Source of the DNA: Bdellovibrionota bacterium FG-2
GTDB taxonomy: Bacteria; Bdellovibrionota; UBA1018
Assembly (NCBI GenBank): GCA_051382305.1
Contig: JBBCAV010000118.1
Location: forward strand, 1 to 16,184
Length of the DNA stretch: 16,184 bases
Reading direction: 5' to 3'
Under the pieces are notes generated by a model. It was not told where the DNA came from. It did not search any database and saw only the letters and a program-made list of their open reading frames with translations. A program made the translations under genes and the position numbers. Below, in pieces: positions 15,557 through 16,184 of the stretch (within the stretch, counting starts at the first letter, position 1; every line of letters begins with the position of its first letter).

Positions 15557-16162
15557 ATTTTTGGAATGAATAAAAAGCGATGACGACATCACATAACGAG
15601 TAAGACCTGCGGTATTATGAATTCCTAGTTTCTGCATCACCCGCTCCCGATGCGTCGTCACTGTCCGCACACTGATGCACAACTCACAGGCAATCGCCTT
15701 GCTGCTTAAACCGCGAGCAACTAATGTCAAAACCTGCAATTCTCTCGGAGTCAGTTCGCGAGGGGCATCCAAAGAAAGCGGAATCCTTTTTCGAGGGCAA
15801 ACACCGCGAATCGCGACAACCAACTCCTCTGGAGAACTTTCCGCCTTCTGGAAAAACCCACTCACACCCTCACGACGGAGCTGTCGAATCAAATGAAGAT
15901 CATCATGCATCGTCAAAATAATGACTTTGGTTTTTGAAAAATGACTGAGGATCTTTTTTGTCGAATCCACCCCATTCATCCGAGGCATACTAATATCCAT
16001 CAAAACAACATTAGGTGTCAAATCGCGCACCTGCTCAAAGGCGGTTATCCCGTCCGAAGCTTCGCCTACGATTTCAATATCTAGGTAGTCCTTTAATGCA
16101 GCTTTAAGCCCCTCGCGGACCAATCGATGGTCATCAACTATAAGGAGGCGAATCCTCGCCAT
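15551..16162 (-). CDS. NarL/FixJ (LuxR-HTH) family DNA-binding response regulator
   Basis: REC domain (LIVDDH, VVLMDISMPRMNG, ILTMH, FFQK) and LuxR HTH (LTPRELQVLTLVARGLSSKAIA..ISVRTVTTHRERVMQKL). RBS GAGGGG. Confidence 0.93.
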   Translation of the reverse strand: MARIRLLIVDDHRLVREGLKAALKDYLDIEIVGEASDGITAFEQVRDLTPNVVLMDISMPRMNGVDSTKKILSHFSKTKVIILTMHDDLHLIRQLRREGVSGFFQKAESSPEELVVAIRGVCPRKRIPLSLDAPRELTPRELQVLTLVARGLSSKAIACELCISVRTVTTHRERVMQKLGIHNTAGLTRYVMSSSLFIHSKNT

Positions 16163-16184
16163 TTAGACGTGCTCCCCTCGGAGG

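Noticed and set aside
1023-15921. Numerous plus-strand ORFs and short alternative-frame minus-strand ORFs in the ORF track
   Set aside because: They overlap well-supported minus-strand genes and show no recognisable motifs, so they are treated as shadow ORFs.
1-16184. CRISPR arrays, tRNA/rRNA genes, selenocysteine read-through
   Set aside because: No regularly spaced repeats or structural RNA gene signatures were seen, and the catalytic ligand codon is TGT (12748-12750), not TGA.

Overview
Almost the whole window (1065-16162) is one co-directional minus-strand cluster. In transcription order it encodes: a NarL/LuxR-type response regulator, an OprO/OprP-like porin, a Tat-exported four-cluster Fe-S subunit, a Tat-exported DMSO-reductase-family molybdoenzyme (Psr/Phs/Srr/Arr/Anr-like, Cys Mo ligand), TatA, an orphan PstS-like binding protein, a methyl-accepting chemotaxis protein, a Moco riboswitch, and a complete Moco/MGD pathway (moaA, moaC-mogA/moaB fusion, MOT1-type molybdate transporter fused in frame to MoeA, moaD, moaE, mobA, moeB-rhodanese). 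It reads as a self-contained module for sensing, importing, swimming towards and converting an oxyanion. The most notable points are the MOT1-MoeA fusion, non-canonical Fe-S ligand sets in both enzyme subunits, a PstS-like protein with an altered binding motif next to an MCP, and the absence of a membrane anchor. The left end holds an IS3-like remnant, a truncated histidine kinase and the 3' end of an unidentified gene. MCP motifs resemble Bdellovibrionota-type sequences (inference). The enzyme's substrate cannot be determined from sequence alone.
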